From contig JBFWNU010000001.1 of NCBI GenBank assembly GCA_050250895.1, positions 2,948,891 through 3,012,890 on the forward strand: DNA of 64,000 nt, given 5' to 3'. The first letter of the stretch is position 1; every line of letters starts with the position of its first letter. Below are positions 10,201 through 19,737 of the stretch, one piece after another. The notes beneath the pieces are model-generated. The model was not told the DNA's origin. It saw only the letters and a list, made by a program, of their open reading frames with translations, and did no database searches. The position numbers were made by a program, and so were the translations under genes. Origin of the DNA: Vulcanimicrobiota bacterium. Its GTDB lineage: Bacteria > Vulcanimicrobiota > Xenobia > Xenobiales > JADMJV01.

Positions 10201-10968
10201 ACTGTGTTCCCCCTGGCGGTTGTAGATGGGCAGAGTGGAGTGCAAGAACTCCTGAGCCGAAGTGGCCTCGAGGCTGGCCTGCAAGAACTCGGGCACACCC
10301 GAACGCAAGGCCCCGCGGATGGTCTCGAGCTTTTTCATGCTCTCCAGGCGACGGCCCACCGGCAGCGCGCTCAGGGGGATCCAGCCGCCTCCCTGTCCCA
10401 CCGTGGGGTCGGCCTCGGCCAGCGCGGCGCAGACGGGTTGATAGCCATGATAGAAGGCGTAGCCGTTCTTCTCGAGGTCGAGCAACTCGGCGTTGGCCGG
10501 GTCTGCATAGAAGTTGGCCAGCTGGGCCAGCTTCTTTTCCCCCTCGAGCGGCACGGCCACGGCCCCCCCGTCCATCCGCAGGTCCTGCAAACCAAAGTCG
10601 TCGGTCAGGGCGTTGTAAGCCACGTAGAGGCCACTTGCCACCGGGCCGTGGTGGCCCAGGCTTGCTTGAAAAGAGAATCCTTTTTCAGCCAGGGTCTTGA
10701 GCTGATCGGCCAGCTCGGGTTTGGCCAGTTGGCTGGTCTCCAGCTGGCCGTGCAGGGCGGCCAGTTCCTGCAAGTCTTGCTGGCTGCGCAACGGCAGCAT
10801 CGGCCCGTCGGGGGTCAGGCGCACGCCGTTGTCGGGCTGGCCCACTTCGAACCGGTCGGGGCTGACCTCTTTGTGGGTGGCGGTGAAAGGAAGGCGCCAA
10901 GACTTCTTGCGCATGAAGGTGACACCCTCACGCGCCAGGCCATGCAGTAGCTCGCCATTCCGGACCAT
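7234..10968 (-). CDS. Large alpha-helical hypothetical protein with three ~280-aa internal repeats
   Basis: 1244-aa ORF; repeats begin ARTPEQL / ASTPAEL / ADTPDQL and share LIxED, YW/YY and LxEPEDR motifs. Confidence 0.8.
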   Translation of the reverse strand: MVRNGELLHGLAREGVTFMRKKSWRLPFTATHKEVSPDRFEVGQPDNGVRLTPDGPMLPLRSQQDLQELAALHGQLETSQLAKPELADQLKTLAEKGFSFQASLGHHGPVASGLYVAYNALTDDFGLQDLRMDGGAVAVPLEGEKKLAQLANFYADPANAELLDLEKNGYAFYHGYQPVCAALAEADPTVGQGGGWIPLSALPVGRRLESMKKLETIRGALRSGVPEFLQASLEATSAQEFLHSTLPIYNRQGEHSRTPCGTLMIEELQRFPESSALATWASRLKPPSEGGMLYLQKEVFAHPTLSVVEFAEQMADRPVGIEGALVEALADQPAYATALGWVKAMSQGLQSYSVRDLRIWGLKARTARTPEQLAEMARDLQNHLIQEDQATVGERSLEKLTAFAETAGPARFGLELAKGYQQCSTRTAITSTLLELPALEGGKAMAAVGGKILGRLDGYWSKNDIEPLGNYFLDHLAADPETRTAAEFARSMVGRLSEPEDRQKVIQWVFAHPTASTAQDFAALAEPSYARGRALLEELAQRPESQALAGWALELYGKISQELALGLLAKVCRDVTQTPHDLADDLFELSKHGSTNWRSASLLSRAAVAQLGSECSPAVELAKKVDAVVDEVSATHTNHLAYQQRQASTPAELASLARAIHQRLIQDDRQKAGETLLEALTAYPETRQAAEFGLELAAKFDHYETRNAVYAEALTIPKLETGEDFARFGKGVLGGMSDYWSTAHFDQMGAFFVDKLRQDEATRPAAELADRWLGQLEEPEDRKKIHRWVLGHPLLGSAQAIVTAAGELELNHKLAGILLEELSRHQETATMASWARGLKLSEKTLQELMKPVLAKATQAPTALMNELVGLEHASGSWDDRHTLSKAAVDLLPQNHLTQLATSLASASDAISRVKIYRETLTTKQADTPDQLLDYSRNVYRQLIHEDKARVGRLLVQELKQAPPFASAAEWALGMVGPDKHYETQQAVYSALLDHPEATPLELAPTVVANLDQYYARTDLPELGKKTLALLPASPRQALANQLLEGLESTAERKALLAWAFGQPGSVVSNLNRDNPQAMRNLATEMLAAEPPAADTNRLLKAITDGQPDHQAAPLMAVAVDLKKETFTQAALKLMDACQSERQKAEVGQAAVDILSQKDPNFWSLVQRHALGRGARAQTQLYTAVLANPNRKDLIAAVANLGPAAKDVAEILALTESLESKANLELERDDERVRIGDFEVDVAQS

Positions 10969-11048
10969 GAGCCCAGCTTAGGCTACCAGACTTAACAAAA
11001 TTGGAAAACGACAGGGAGATCGGGCCTCGGCGTGAAGGCAATAGCCTC

Positions 11049-13892
11049 ATGCTCTGTCTTCATCAGCAATTCCGCCGCCAGGCCCTGCAGACTCCCGAAG
11101 CCGTGGCGGTGGTGGACGGCTCGACTACGCTCACCTATCGCCAACTCGACCAGGCCAGCGACGCCATGGCCGGTCATCTGCAGCAGCACGGTATCGGCTG
11201 CGATCAAACTGTGGGTCTGCACCTGGAGAAGTCGGCCCTCTATATCATCGGCTGCCTGGCCGCCTGCAAAGCCGGCGGGGCCTTCCTGCCCCTCTTTCTC
11301 GACTATCCGACCAGCCTGCTCAAGAGCGTCATGGAGCAGACGCGCTCCCCGGTGGTGCTGACCCGCTCGGGCCTGGAGCTGCCCCTGGCTACCCATCGCC
11401 TCGACCTGGATGTCGATCAGAGCTGGCGCCAGGCGAGTCTGTGCTCGGTCGACTGCAAGCCCGACAGCCTGATGTTCGTGGTTTATACCTCGGGCACCAC
11501 CGGCGAGCCCAAGGGCATCACTCTGCCCCACCGAGCCGCCATGCACTCCTACGCCGAGCGCTACAAGATCAGCGATTATCAGGTGGGTCAGCGGGTCGGT
11601 TGCAACATCTTCTTCGTGTGGGAGATCTTCCGTCCGCTGCTGCGCGGGGCGACCGTCTATGTCATCTCGGACGACATCATCTACGACCCGCGCCAGTTAA
11701 CCGAATTCATCGAGCATCACCGCCTGACCGAGCTCCTCTTCACCCCGTCTCTGCTCGAAACGGTGCTCAACAACGCCCAGCCCGAGGTGCTGGCTCGTCG
11801 CCTGAAAAGCCTGGAGGTGGCTATCCTCAACGGCGAGGTGGTGACCGAGCGCCTGCGTCAAAAGGCGCTGGCCCGCCTGCCCGAGACGATTCGCCTGATC
11901 AACACCTACAGCATCTCCGAGTGCCACGACGTGGCTTCTCTTGACCTGCGCGCCATCGAAGCGCCGCCTTCGGGCTACTGCCCGGTCGGCTATCCCATCG
12001 AGGGCATCTCGACCCGCATCCTTGACGACGAGCTCTATGTGGGCGGCCCGGGCCTGGCCCGCGGTTATCTGGGCAAGCCCGCGTTGACGGCCGAGCGCTT
12101 TGTCGAGGTGGAGGGCGAGCGGATGTACCGCACCGGCGACATCGCCTTCGCCCAGCCCGACGGCCGGCTAGAAATTCGCGGACGCTGCGACTCGATGGTC
12201 AAGATTCGCGGCTACAGCGTCCACCTGGGGGCGGTCCAATCGGCCCTCGAGGCCCTGCCCAGCGTCAAGGCCTGCGCCCTGCGAGCCCAGGGGCAAGAGG
12301 GCGAACACAAGCGGCTGGTGGCCTACGTGGTGCGCGCCCCCGAAGCAGACTGGAGCATCGACCGGGCCACCGGAGCCTGCCCCGTCTTGCGCGAGAGCCT
12401 GCGCCAGCAACTGGCCGATTTTATGCTCCCGAGTCTCTTTGTCGAACTCGAGCAGCTGCCGCTCTCGCCCACCACCGGCAAGCTCGACCCCGGCCTGCTG
12501 CCGCTGCCGCCACGGCGTGAGAGTCTCGACGTGAGCGACATCACCCTTACCACCGACGCCTCGCCGTCCGAGCAACTGGCTGCGATCTGTGCTCTGTGGG
12601 AACGTCTGCTGGGTCTCGATTCGGGCGCGGTCAAGCCGACCGACCACTTCTTCGATCTGGGCGGCCACTCGCTGCTGGCGGTGCGCCTGACCGTCTTGCT
12701 CGAGGAGATCTTCGGCCAGCGCATGACCGTCAAGGCCGTGGTCGACCATCCCACTCCCGCGGCCATCCTCGAATGGCTGGCCGGAAGGCGAGTCAGCGAG
12801 CCTCGCCCCGTCCCCGCCGACTATCAGCTCGACCCGTCCATCCAGCCGGCCACGACTCCGGTGCTGCTGAGCGACGCCAAAGGGATCCTGGTGACCGGAG
12901 CCACCGGCTTCTTAGGAGCTTTTCTGGTGGAGGAATTGGCCCGCCACACGCGGGCTCCCATCTATTGCCTGGTGCGAGGTTCCCAGCCGCAACAACGGCT
13001 AGACGCCAACCTGGCCCGTTACGGCCTGACCGCTCGCGCCACCGCTCTAGAGGGCGATCTGACCGCCCCTGGCCTGGGCCTGTCCGAGCACCCCTTCGAG
13101 GTGGTCTTTCACTGCGCCGCCCTGGTCAACTACGTCCATTCCTACGATGTATTAAAGCCTCATACCGTGAGCGGCACCCTCGAGGTGCTAAAGCTCGGCA
13201 AGACCCTGCACTTTATCTCGACCAACGGCATCTTTGCCGGCGGCGGCACCTACCTCGAGGACCGCCACATCGACCGATATCTCGAGCCGCTCTCGGGGGG
13301 CTACGGGTTGGCCAAGTGGGTGGCCGAGAAGCTGGTCTGGCAGGCCTACGACCGCGGCCTGCCGGTCGTGCTCTATCGCCCCGGCAACATCGGCCACCAC
13401 AGCCGCACCGGAGCGGCCAATCCCAACGATTTCCAATACCTGATTCTGCTGGGCTGTCTCAAGCTGGGCAAGGCTCCCGAGGTCGATCACTGGTTCTTCG
13501 AGATGACCCCGGTCGACGGTTTGGTGCGGGCTATGGTCGCCCTGGCCGACGACCCGCTGGCCTTCGGCCGCGTCTACAACGTGGTTCAAAGCCCCACCAC
13601 TCCGGCCCGCCAGCTGTTCGAGCGCATGCGCGGGGAAGGGCACATCTCGGGCTATCTGCCCCTGTCCGAATGGTTGAACCAGCTGCGGGCCGCGGCCCGC
13701 CGCGACGGCGACGAGACCCTCGAGGTGCTGGCCGAATCGTTGCCCGATGTCGAGGGCTATCTTGGTGACACCAGCCTCTATGACGGCACTCACTTTGCCG
13801 AGGCCCTGGCGCGCCACGGCCAGAGCCTGCCCGCGGCGGGGGTCGACTATCTGATGTTGGCCCTACAGACCGCGGGTGCGGCTAGAGGCTGA
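11049..13892 (+). CDS. NRPS-like adenylation-thiolation-thioester reductase (A-T-R), ATRR (glycine betaine reductase)-like
   Basis: YTSGTTGEPKG, YRTGD, FFDLGGHSL (Ppant Ser), TGATGFLG and GYGLAKW motifs; A domain has CNIFFVWEIFRPLLRG. Confidence 0.9.
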   Translation: MLCLHQQFRRQALQTPEAVAVVDGSTTLTYRQLDQASDAMAGHLQQHGIGCDQTVGLHLEKSALYIIGCLAACKAGGAFLPLFLDYPTSLLKSVMEQTRSPVVLTRSGLELPLATHRLDLDVDQSWRQASLCSVDCKPDSLMFVVYTSGTTGEPKGITLPHRAAMHSYAERYKISDYQVGQRVGCNIFFVWEIFRPLLRGATVYVISDDIIYDPRQLTEFIEHHRLTELLFTPSLLETVLNNAQPEVLARRLKSLEVAILNGEVVTERLRQKALARLPETIRLINTYSISECHDVASLDLRAIEAPPSGYCPVGYPIEGISTRILDDELYVGGPGLARGYLGKPALTAERFVEVEGERMYRTGDIAFAQPDGRLEIRGRCDSMVKIRGYSVHLGAVQSALEALPSVKACALRAQGQEGEHKRLVAYVVRAPEADWSIDRATGACPVLRESLRQQLADFMLPSLFVELEQLPLSPTTGKLDPGLLPLPPRRESLDVSDITLTTDASPSEQLAAICALWERLLGLDSGAVKPTDHFFDLGGHSLLAVRLTVLLEEIFGQRMTVKAVVDHPTPAAILEWLAGRRVSEPRPVPADYQLDPSIQPATTPVLLSDAKGILVTGATGFLGAFLVEELARHTRAPIYCLVRGSQPQQRLDANLARYGLTARATALEGDLTAPGLGLSEHPFEVVFHCAALVNYVHSYDVLKPHTVSGTLEVLKLGKTLHFISTNGIFAGGGTYLEDRHIDRYLEPLSGGYGLAKWVAEKLVWQAYDRGLPVVLYRPGNIGHHSRTGAANPNDFQYLILLGCLKLGKAPEVDHWFFEMTPVDGLVRAMVALADDPLAFGRVYNVVQSPTTPARQLFERMRGEGHISGYLPLSEWLNQLRAAARRDGDETLEVLAESLPDVEGYLGDTSLYDGTHFAEALARHGQSLPAAGVDYLMLALQTAGAARG

Positions 13893-14292
13893 GCCAGCCT
13901 TCGTCAGCCAGCAGTTGGCCCAGATAGTCTCTCAGGTCAACGGCCGCCTCACGCGCGTTGGTGACGTCGTCGGGAGTGAAAAGCACCGCCGGTCTATACT
14001 CGGCCTCTTCACGATCTCGCTGGAGTTTGTTCAACAAGCGGGCTCGGGAGGGGTCCAGGTCGCCATTGTGGACGTAGACTCGATGGAACTCGGAAATGAG
14101 GCCCGAATGGGTGGCCGGTTCGAGGCCACGGGCGAGAAGCGCGGCCTTGGCCGCGTGGTAGGCGGCATAGTAAAAGCGGCCGACCGCCTGGCGGTGGAAG
14201 CCCAGGGCCGCCAACTGTTCCCCAGCTTCGAACTCTTCGGTGGAGGCCTTCCACTCCTGGCTCAGATTGAACTCGCGATTCTCCGGGCTCAT
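13882..14292 (-). CDS. HEPN domain protein (MNT-HEPN toxin-antitoxin module)
   Basis: RFYYAAYHAAKAALL, THSGLISEF and REEAEY motifs; coupled to the upstream MNT gene. Confidence 0.88.
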   Translation of the reverse strand: MSPENREFNLSQEWKASTEEFEAGEQLAALGFHRQAVGRFYYAAYHAAKAALLARGLEPATHSGLISEFHRVYVHNGDLDPSRARLLNKLQRDREEAEYRPAVLFTPDDVTNAREAAVDLRDYLGQLLADEGWLSL

Positions 14293-14621
14293 ACCTCGAC
14301 GCCTTGCTCGGTGATATCGCGAGCCAGGCGGCGCTCGCGTTTTTGCAGCTCTTCGAAATCACCGACCGACATCACCAGCGGGGCCAGGGGAACGAGGAAA
14401 CCATCCTCAGCCGAGAGATCATAGGCGAGATCGTAGACGCTGTGGCGTGTGGGCCGATCGACTTCGCCGGTGAGTAACACCAAGAGGTCGAGGTCCGAGT
14501 CGGGCCGGGCTGTGCCTCGGGCGCGCGACCCGAAGGCCCTCACCCTGGCCAGCCGGGAGCCCACCAGCCCATCCAAGGCGTCACGGAACCGTTTTGCCAA
14601 CTCGCGCTCGTGCTGTTCCAT
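14289..14621 (-). CDS. Minimal nucleotidyltransferase (MNT)
   Basis: FGSRARG...DSDLDLLV motif, 110 aa. Confidence 0.9.
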   Translation of the reverse strand: MEQHERELAKRFRDALDGLVGSRLARVRAFGSRARGTARPDSDLDLLVLLTGEVDRPTRHSVYDLAYDLSAEDGFLVPLAPLVMSVGDFEELQKRERRLARDITEQGVEV

Positions 14622-14656
14622 CGGTATTACTTCGAGCCACTGTCGGGGGGGCCTTT

Positions 14657-15460
14657 CTAGCCAAAGACCAGAGCGATGGCCCGCGCCAGAGCGGTGCCGG
14701 CCAGACCCTCCGGGGCGATAGCCCGGGCGGCGCTGCGGGCCGCCTGGGTAGCGTGGGCCATGGCTACGCCAAAGCCGGCCCAGGCCAGCATGGGAGCGTC
14801 GTTGTCGCCGTCGCCGAAGGCGGCCACCTGGCCAGGCTCGATGCCCAGCTCGTCAGCAAGCAGACTAAGGCCCACGGCCTTGCTGACGCCGGGCGAGATG
14901 AACTCGAGACAGACCGGGTCGGTGGCATAGCAGTCGAGCCTTTGCAGAAAGCGACTTTGATGCCGTTGACTGGCTCGGGCAACCCGCTCGGGGTCTCCCA
15001 TCCACATCACCTTGTGCACTCCCGAGCAGTCGCTCAAAAGGTCGCTCACAATTCGATGGGGCTCGGCATTCATGGTCTGATCGCGATCAGTGAGGGGGCT
15101 GGTTTTATCCAGAAAGATGCCGGCATCGCGATAGTAGAGGACCGATAGGTCTTCGTGGCGGCCGACCTCGGTCAGTTCGACCACCAGCGCCTCGTCGACC
15201 AGCGTGGCCGCGCGCGGGCCCCCGTCGGCCTCGCGAACGACGGCGCCGTGCACCGAAACCAGCGCCGACGAGAGCCCCAGGGCTCGGTGGTAGGGCAACA
15301 TATTGGCGTGGCTTCGGCCCGAGGCCAGCACCACTTCCAGGCCGGCCGTCCGCAGCCGATTGACGGCCGCGACGTTCTCACGGCTCAGGCTGCCGTCGGG
15401 GCCCAGCAAGGTGCCGTCGATGTCGATGGCAGCCAGGCGAATGCTTGCGTTGTTGTTCAT
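14657..15460 (-). CDS. Cof-type HAD-IIB hydrolase
   Basis: DIDGTLL, ASGR, VSKAVG and FGDGDNDAPML motifs; start taken at MNNN. Confidence 0.92.
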   Translation of the reverse strand: MNNNASIRLAAIDIDGTLLGPDGSLSRENVAAVNRLRTAGLEVVLASGRSHANMLPYHRALGLSSALVSVHGAVVREADGGPRAATLVDEALVVELTEVGRHEDLSVLYYRDAGIFLDKTSPLTDRDQTMNAEPHRIVSDLLSDCSGVHKVMWMGDPERVARASQRHQSRFLQRLDCYATDPVCLEFISPGVSKAVGLSLLADELGIEPGQVAAFGDGDNDAPMLAWAGFGVAMAHATQAARSAARAIAPEGLAGTALARAIALVFG

Positions 15461-15530
15461 GGTTGCATCATAGCCGAGTTGACTGATTCCGTAAATTGAC
15501 AATTCGTCATCGGATTGATAACCTGCAGGA

Positions 15531-16397
15531 ATGGACCTGGGGCTGCTGCAATCCTTCGTCGCTCTGGCCGAGAACCGGCATTTCGGCCAGACGGCCGAGT
15601 CGCTCAATATCACCCAGCCGGCCCTGACCAAGCAGATGCAACGCCTGGAAGAGCGACTGGGCGGCTTGCTCATCGAGCGCGACACCCGCCATTTCGCTCT
15701 GACGCCCGCCGGTCGCGTGCTGCTCGAGTCGGCCAAAGCGCTGTTGCAGCAGGCCGAGCAAGCCAGCCAGCGAGTGAGCCTGGCCCTCGAGGGCAAAGCC
15801 GGACTCTTGCGAGTAGGCTTTGGCATCGCCAACCTGTCGGCCGGCCTGGGCGCTCTGTTGCGCGAGTTTCGCCTGGCCTATCCCGAGGTCGAGGTCGAAC
15901 TCCGGGACATGTCGACCCCCGCTCAACTCGAGGCCCTGGGTAACGAGGAGCTGGATGTCGGCTTCGTGCGCCTGCCGGTCACCCACCCCGGCCTGCGGGC
16001 CATTCCCTATCTCGAAGAACGGCTCATCATCGCCCACCCCGAGACCATCCCTTCGCAGGGCCTGGCCGGGTTTGCCCAGCGCCCCTTCGTGGCCACTCGC
16101 AAAGAGATCTCCACCACCTTTCGCGAGCATTTGCTGACCACTTGTCAGGCGGCCGGCTTCGTGCCCCGCATCGTCCAAGAAGCTTCTGAGGTGCTCACCA
16201 TTTTGCACCTGGTCGGAGCGGGCTTTGGAGTGGCCCTGGTCCCCCAGTCTTGCTCGGTGATGACGGTGCCTCACGTGGCCTATTCCGACACGGGACTGGC
16301 CGAAGCGTCCTGGTCGATTGGTCTGGTCTATCGCCAGGACGAGGCCAATCCGCTGGTGGAAAACTTTGTCGAGTTGGCCTTGCAGGTTCGGGCCTGA
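15531..16397 (+). CDS. LysR family transcriptional regulator, divergent from the HAD gene
   Basis: HFGQTAESLNITQPALTKQMQRLEERLG HTH plus LysR substrate-binding domain. Confidence 0.95.
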   Translation: MDLGLLQSFVALAENRHFGQTAESLNITQPALTKQMQRLEERLGGLLIERDTRHFALTPAGRVLLESAKALLQQAEQASQRVSLALEGKAGLLRVGFGIANLSAGLGALLREFRLAYPEVEVELRDMSTPAQLEALGNEELDVGFVRLPVTHPGLRAIPYLEERLIIAHPETIPSQGLAGFAQRPFVATRKEISTTFREHLLTTCQAAGFVPRIVQEASEVLTILHLVGAGFGVALVPQSCSVMTVPHVAYSDTGLAEASWSIGLVYRQDEANPLVENFVELALQVRA

Positions 16398-16501
16398 CGG
16401 GAAGGACGAGGATTGGTTGAAGCCACCCGGGTCACTTCGACGTGCCAGGTCTGCTCCTGTCGAACGCTTGTCTCGACGGAAGTTTGCCACATCAGCCAGG
16501 C

Positions 16502-16600
16502 CTGACAGAATCTGTCAGAGTCGTTCGACAGGCCTACCCCTGCGGGGCGCCGAAGAGGCCGAGCCAGTCAGGGGGTAGTGCAAAGTGACAGGCGATGTCA
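16502..16600. promoter_or_regulatory. Two TGACA-N5-TGTCA palindromes (putative operators) upstream of the GmrSD-like gene
   Basis: TGACAgaatcTGTCA at 16503-16517 and TGACAggcgaTGTCA at 16586-16600. Confidence 0.45.
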
Positions 16601-16684
16601 GCCCTATGTCCGGGTTGCAACACGTGTTGACTCGAAGGGCCCCTGAGCATCAGAAGCCCAAGATGGCTCGGCGGGAGAAAGCAC

Positions 16685-18961
16685 TTGGTCAGGACTCTCT
16701 ACAAAGACACGAACTACTCACTCGAGTATCTCGTCGAGGACCTCAAACGCGGCAACATCGCACTGCCAGACATTCAGAGGCCCTTTGTCTGGAAGCCCTC
16801 GAAGGCCAGAGACCTGCTCGACTCGATGTATCGCGGATTCCCCGTGGGCACTCTCATGTTTTGGGAGACAGGGATCGACGTCGGTGCGCGCCAGATTGGT
16901 TCTGGGGGCGCTGAACGAGTCGCTAGTCGCCTGATTGTCGATGGTCAACAACGGCTTACCTCGCTTTATGCGGTCCTGACTGGGCATCCCGTTTTGAACA
17001 AGTCGTTCGAGACGAAATGCATTCGAATTGCTTTCCACCCCGGGTCGGAAACCTTCGAGGTCACCGACGCCGCTATCGAGCAAAACCCCGAGTTCATCCC
17101 TGACATCACCGTTCTTTGGAGAGACGGCTTCCGGTCGACCGTTCGCAGCTATTTTGCCAACCTGGCTGGCAGCCGCGGGGCCGATTTGGACGAGGACGAA
17201 GAGGAAGAACTGGAAGAACGGATCGATCGAGTCTACGACCTTCGGAATTTCCGATTCCAGGTCATTGAATTGGCTTCCAGCGCGGACGAGCAGCAGGTGG
17301 CCGAGATCTTCGTTCGGATCAACTCCGAAGGTGTCAAGCTCAACCAGGCCGACTTTATCCTGACCTTGATGTCGGTCCATTGGGAAGAGGGGCGCAAAGA
17401 GCTCGAGCAGTTCTGCCGCGCGGCGGTATCCAGCAATGGGCGTGGTCCATCGCCACGCAACCCGTTCATCGATCCCGGGCCAGACCAACTTCTCCGCGCT
17501 GCGGTGGGGGTGGCATTCAGGCGAGCCCGCCTCCAGAACGTTTACAGTATCCTTCGCGGTAAAGACCTCGAAACGGGCGACTTTTCTGTGACGCTCCGAG
17601 ATCAACAATTCGAACGTCTGCGCGCGGCGCAGAAGGCGGTCCTCGATTTGACGAATTGGCATGAGTTTCAGAAGTGCTTGACCCACGCGGGCTTTAGAAG
17701 CCGCAGGATGTTGACCTCCGAGAATGCCTTGGTCTTTACCTACATTCTGTGGTTGATCGGGAGGCTAGACTTTGGAATAGAACTTCGAAAACTGCGTTCC
17801 ATCATGGCCCGGTGGTTCTTCATGGTGCACACCACCGGCCGCTACACCTCGTCGCCCGAGAGTCAGTTAGAATCCGACCTCCGGCGCATTTCCAACCTCG
17901 ATAGCTCTAACGCCGACGCGTTCGTGGAGGAGCTGGAGCGAATTATCGAGGCCAATTTCACTCGAGACTACTGGGATATCTCGTTCCCGAATCGGCTAGA
18001 CAGCTCCTCGGCCCGTTCGCCCGCCCTGTTCGCCTATTGGGCCGCGCTGCATCTGCTCGATGCAGAGCTGCTCTTCAGCGAGGTGCGCATGCGAGAGGTT
18101 TCTGACCCATCCGTGGTGGCGCCGCGTTCGGTCGAACGGCATCACCTGTTCCCGAAAGCCTACCTCGCCCAGCAAGGCTTGACGAAGACTTCGCAAGTCA
18201 ACGCCATCGCTAACATGGCCTTTCTTGACTGGCCCGAGAACATGGAGATCGGCGCTCAGAATCCAATGAGCTATTGGCCCGTGATGCGTGACAAGCTGGA
18301 TTCAGGGCGGATCGACAGACAAGCCGAATGGCACGCCTTGCCGGTAGGCTGGGAGCAACTGGACTATCCATCCTTCCTGGAAAAACGGCGCAAGCTGATC
18401 GCAAAGGTGGTGAGGAAGGGTTTTGAACAGCTAAGCGAACACGCGCACGCGACCACTCGTTCGGATCTGGAATCTGTGGTCGCAGCTGGAGAGTCCCAAA
18501 CGGTCGAGTTCAAATCGACGGCCCGCTGGAATCTGCGTGTCGGTCAGCAGGACAAGAAGATGGAGCACGTGATCGTCAAAACGGTCGGCGGTTTTCTGAA
18601 TGCAGAAGGGGGCACGCTTGTCATCGGAGTCGATGACGAGGGTCAGGTTCTCGGGCTTGAGAACGACTACAAGACGCTCGGCAGTAAGGCGAACAGAGAC
18701 GGATACGAGCTCTTTCTCAGGCAGCATCTAGACAACTTTCTATCTGTCCCGACGGCCAGGATTGTGCGTATACGGTTTGAGCAGCTGCAAGGCCTGGACG
18801 TGTGTGTAGTCTCGGTGGCTCCGTCGGCGCGACCGGTCTTTTCCAGGGCGCTCGAGGGGGGCAAGCAGCCCTCCGAATTCTGGGTACGCATCGGAAATGC
18901 CACCAAGCAGTTGCACGGCGAGGAAATGGTTCAATACCAGAAAGACCGTTGGGAAGCCTGA
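16685..18961 (+). CDS. GmrSD-family (DUF262 + HNH-like) type IV restriction protein with C-terminal Schlafen/AlbA_2 domain
   Basis: PDIQRPFVW, IVDGQQRLTSL, IFVRINS; ERHHLFP...NAIANMAFL; GESQTVEFKS...FLNAEGGTLVIGVDD. Confidence 0.88.
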   Translation: MVRTLYKDTNYSLEYLVEDLKRGNIALPDIQRPFVWKPSKARDLLDSMYRGFPVGTLMFWETGIDVGARQIGSGGAERVASRLIVDGQQRLTSLYAVLTGHPVLNKSFETKCIRIAFHPGSETFEVTDAAIEQNPEFIPDITVLWRDGFRSTVRSYFANLAGSRGADLDEDEEEELEERIDRVYDLRNFRFQVIELASSADEQQVAEIFVRINSEGVKLNQADFILTLMSVHWEEGRKELEQFCRAAVSSNGRGPSPRNPFIDPGPDQLLRAAVGVAFRRARLQNVYSILRGKDLETGDFSVTLRDQQFERLRAAQKAVLDLTNWHEFQKCLTHAGFRSRRMLTSENALVFTYILWLIGRLDFGIELRKLRSIMARWFFMVHTTGRYTSSPESQLESDLRRISNLDSSNADAFVEELERIIEANFTRDYWDISFPNRLDSSSARSPALFAYWAALHLLDAELLFSEVRMREVSDPSVVAPRSVERHHLFPKAYLAQQGLTKTSQVNAIANMAFLDWPENMEIGAQNPMSYWPVMRDKLDSGRIDRQAEWHALPVGWEQLDYPSFLEKRRKLIAKVVRKGFEQLSEHAHATTRSDLESVVAAGESQTVEFKSTARWNLRVGQQDKKMEHVIVKTVGGFLNAEGGTLVIGVDDEGQVLGLENDYKTLGSKANRDGYELFLRQHLDNFLSVPTARIVRIRFEQLQGLDVCVVSVAPSARPVFSRALEGGKQPSEFWVRIGNATKQLHGEEMVQYQKDRWEA

Positions 18962-18969
18962 TTGGCCCC

Positions 18970-19630
18970 TCATTCTTGTACCCGGTGCCTCTGTATGTCG
19001 ACGCTCAGCTCTCCTTCGCGGACCCCGAATAGTCCGGCGTAGCGCACCCGCTCGCCCGAGATATCGGCCCAATGGGTGGCATACTCCTCGATCTGACCGC
19101 CATATTCGGCGATCAGGTCGGCCACCTTCAGATGATCGGTCTTGTAGTCCACCAGTTGCCAGCCTTCGTTATCTCCCAGGGCAAGGTCGACAATGCCGAA
19201 GACCAGGGTCTCGCCGTCGCTCGAGCGCACGCCGAAGGGCACCTCGACCAGGCGGGTGTCGGCGGCCATGGCCCGGGACCAAAAGTCGGTGGTCATCACT
19301 TCGAACACGGTGTCGAGGGCCAGCGGTACCAACTCACGTAACTCGGGTTGTTCAAAGGTGAACCAGCGGGCCATCCGCTCCAGGCTCTCGACGTGGTCAC
19401 GGTCAGGAGGCCGTCCCCAAGGAGAATTGTCCAGTGACGGTCTGTCAGGACAGATTCTGTCACAGGGGGCAATGATGGCCGGATCGCTCGACCCGGGCTC
19501 AGCTGCTTTGTCTGCGCCACTACGTGGCCGAGGGGCAGTCGGTGGCTCAGCTCTGGGCCGAACTCAGCGGAGCCTGTCACTACCACTCTTACCAGCTGCT
19601 TCCGACCCTGACCGAGTTGACTCGCTGGGT
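18970..19630 (-). pseudogene. Remnant C-terminal PD-(D/E)XK nuclease domain of an AddA/UvrD-like helicase-nuclease
   Basis: EVPF...GIVDL...LVDYKTD...QIEEY RecB-type motifs; no helicase domain, and the upstream frame is interrupted by a stop. Confidence 0.7.
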
Positions 19631-19737
19631 TGATGGCGTCGAGGCGCTACTACTCACTTTGGACCAGGAGGTAAGACGATGACACCCACTCTCGATTCGG
19701 TTCAGACCGCTCGCGTTCGTCTGGCGCTCCAATCGCG

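Noticed and set aside
15461-15832. N-terminal extension of the HAD ORF
   Set aside because: Antisense to LysR; the HAD motif begins right after ATG 15460.
16400-16680. Integrase att site or tRNA at the island's left edge
   Set aside because: No tRNA fold, integrase or matching direct repeat found by eye.
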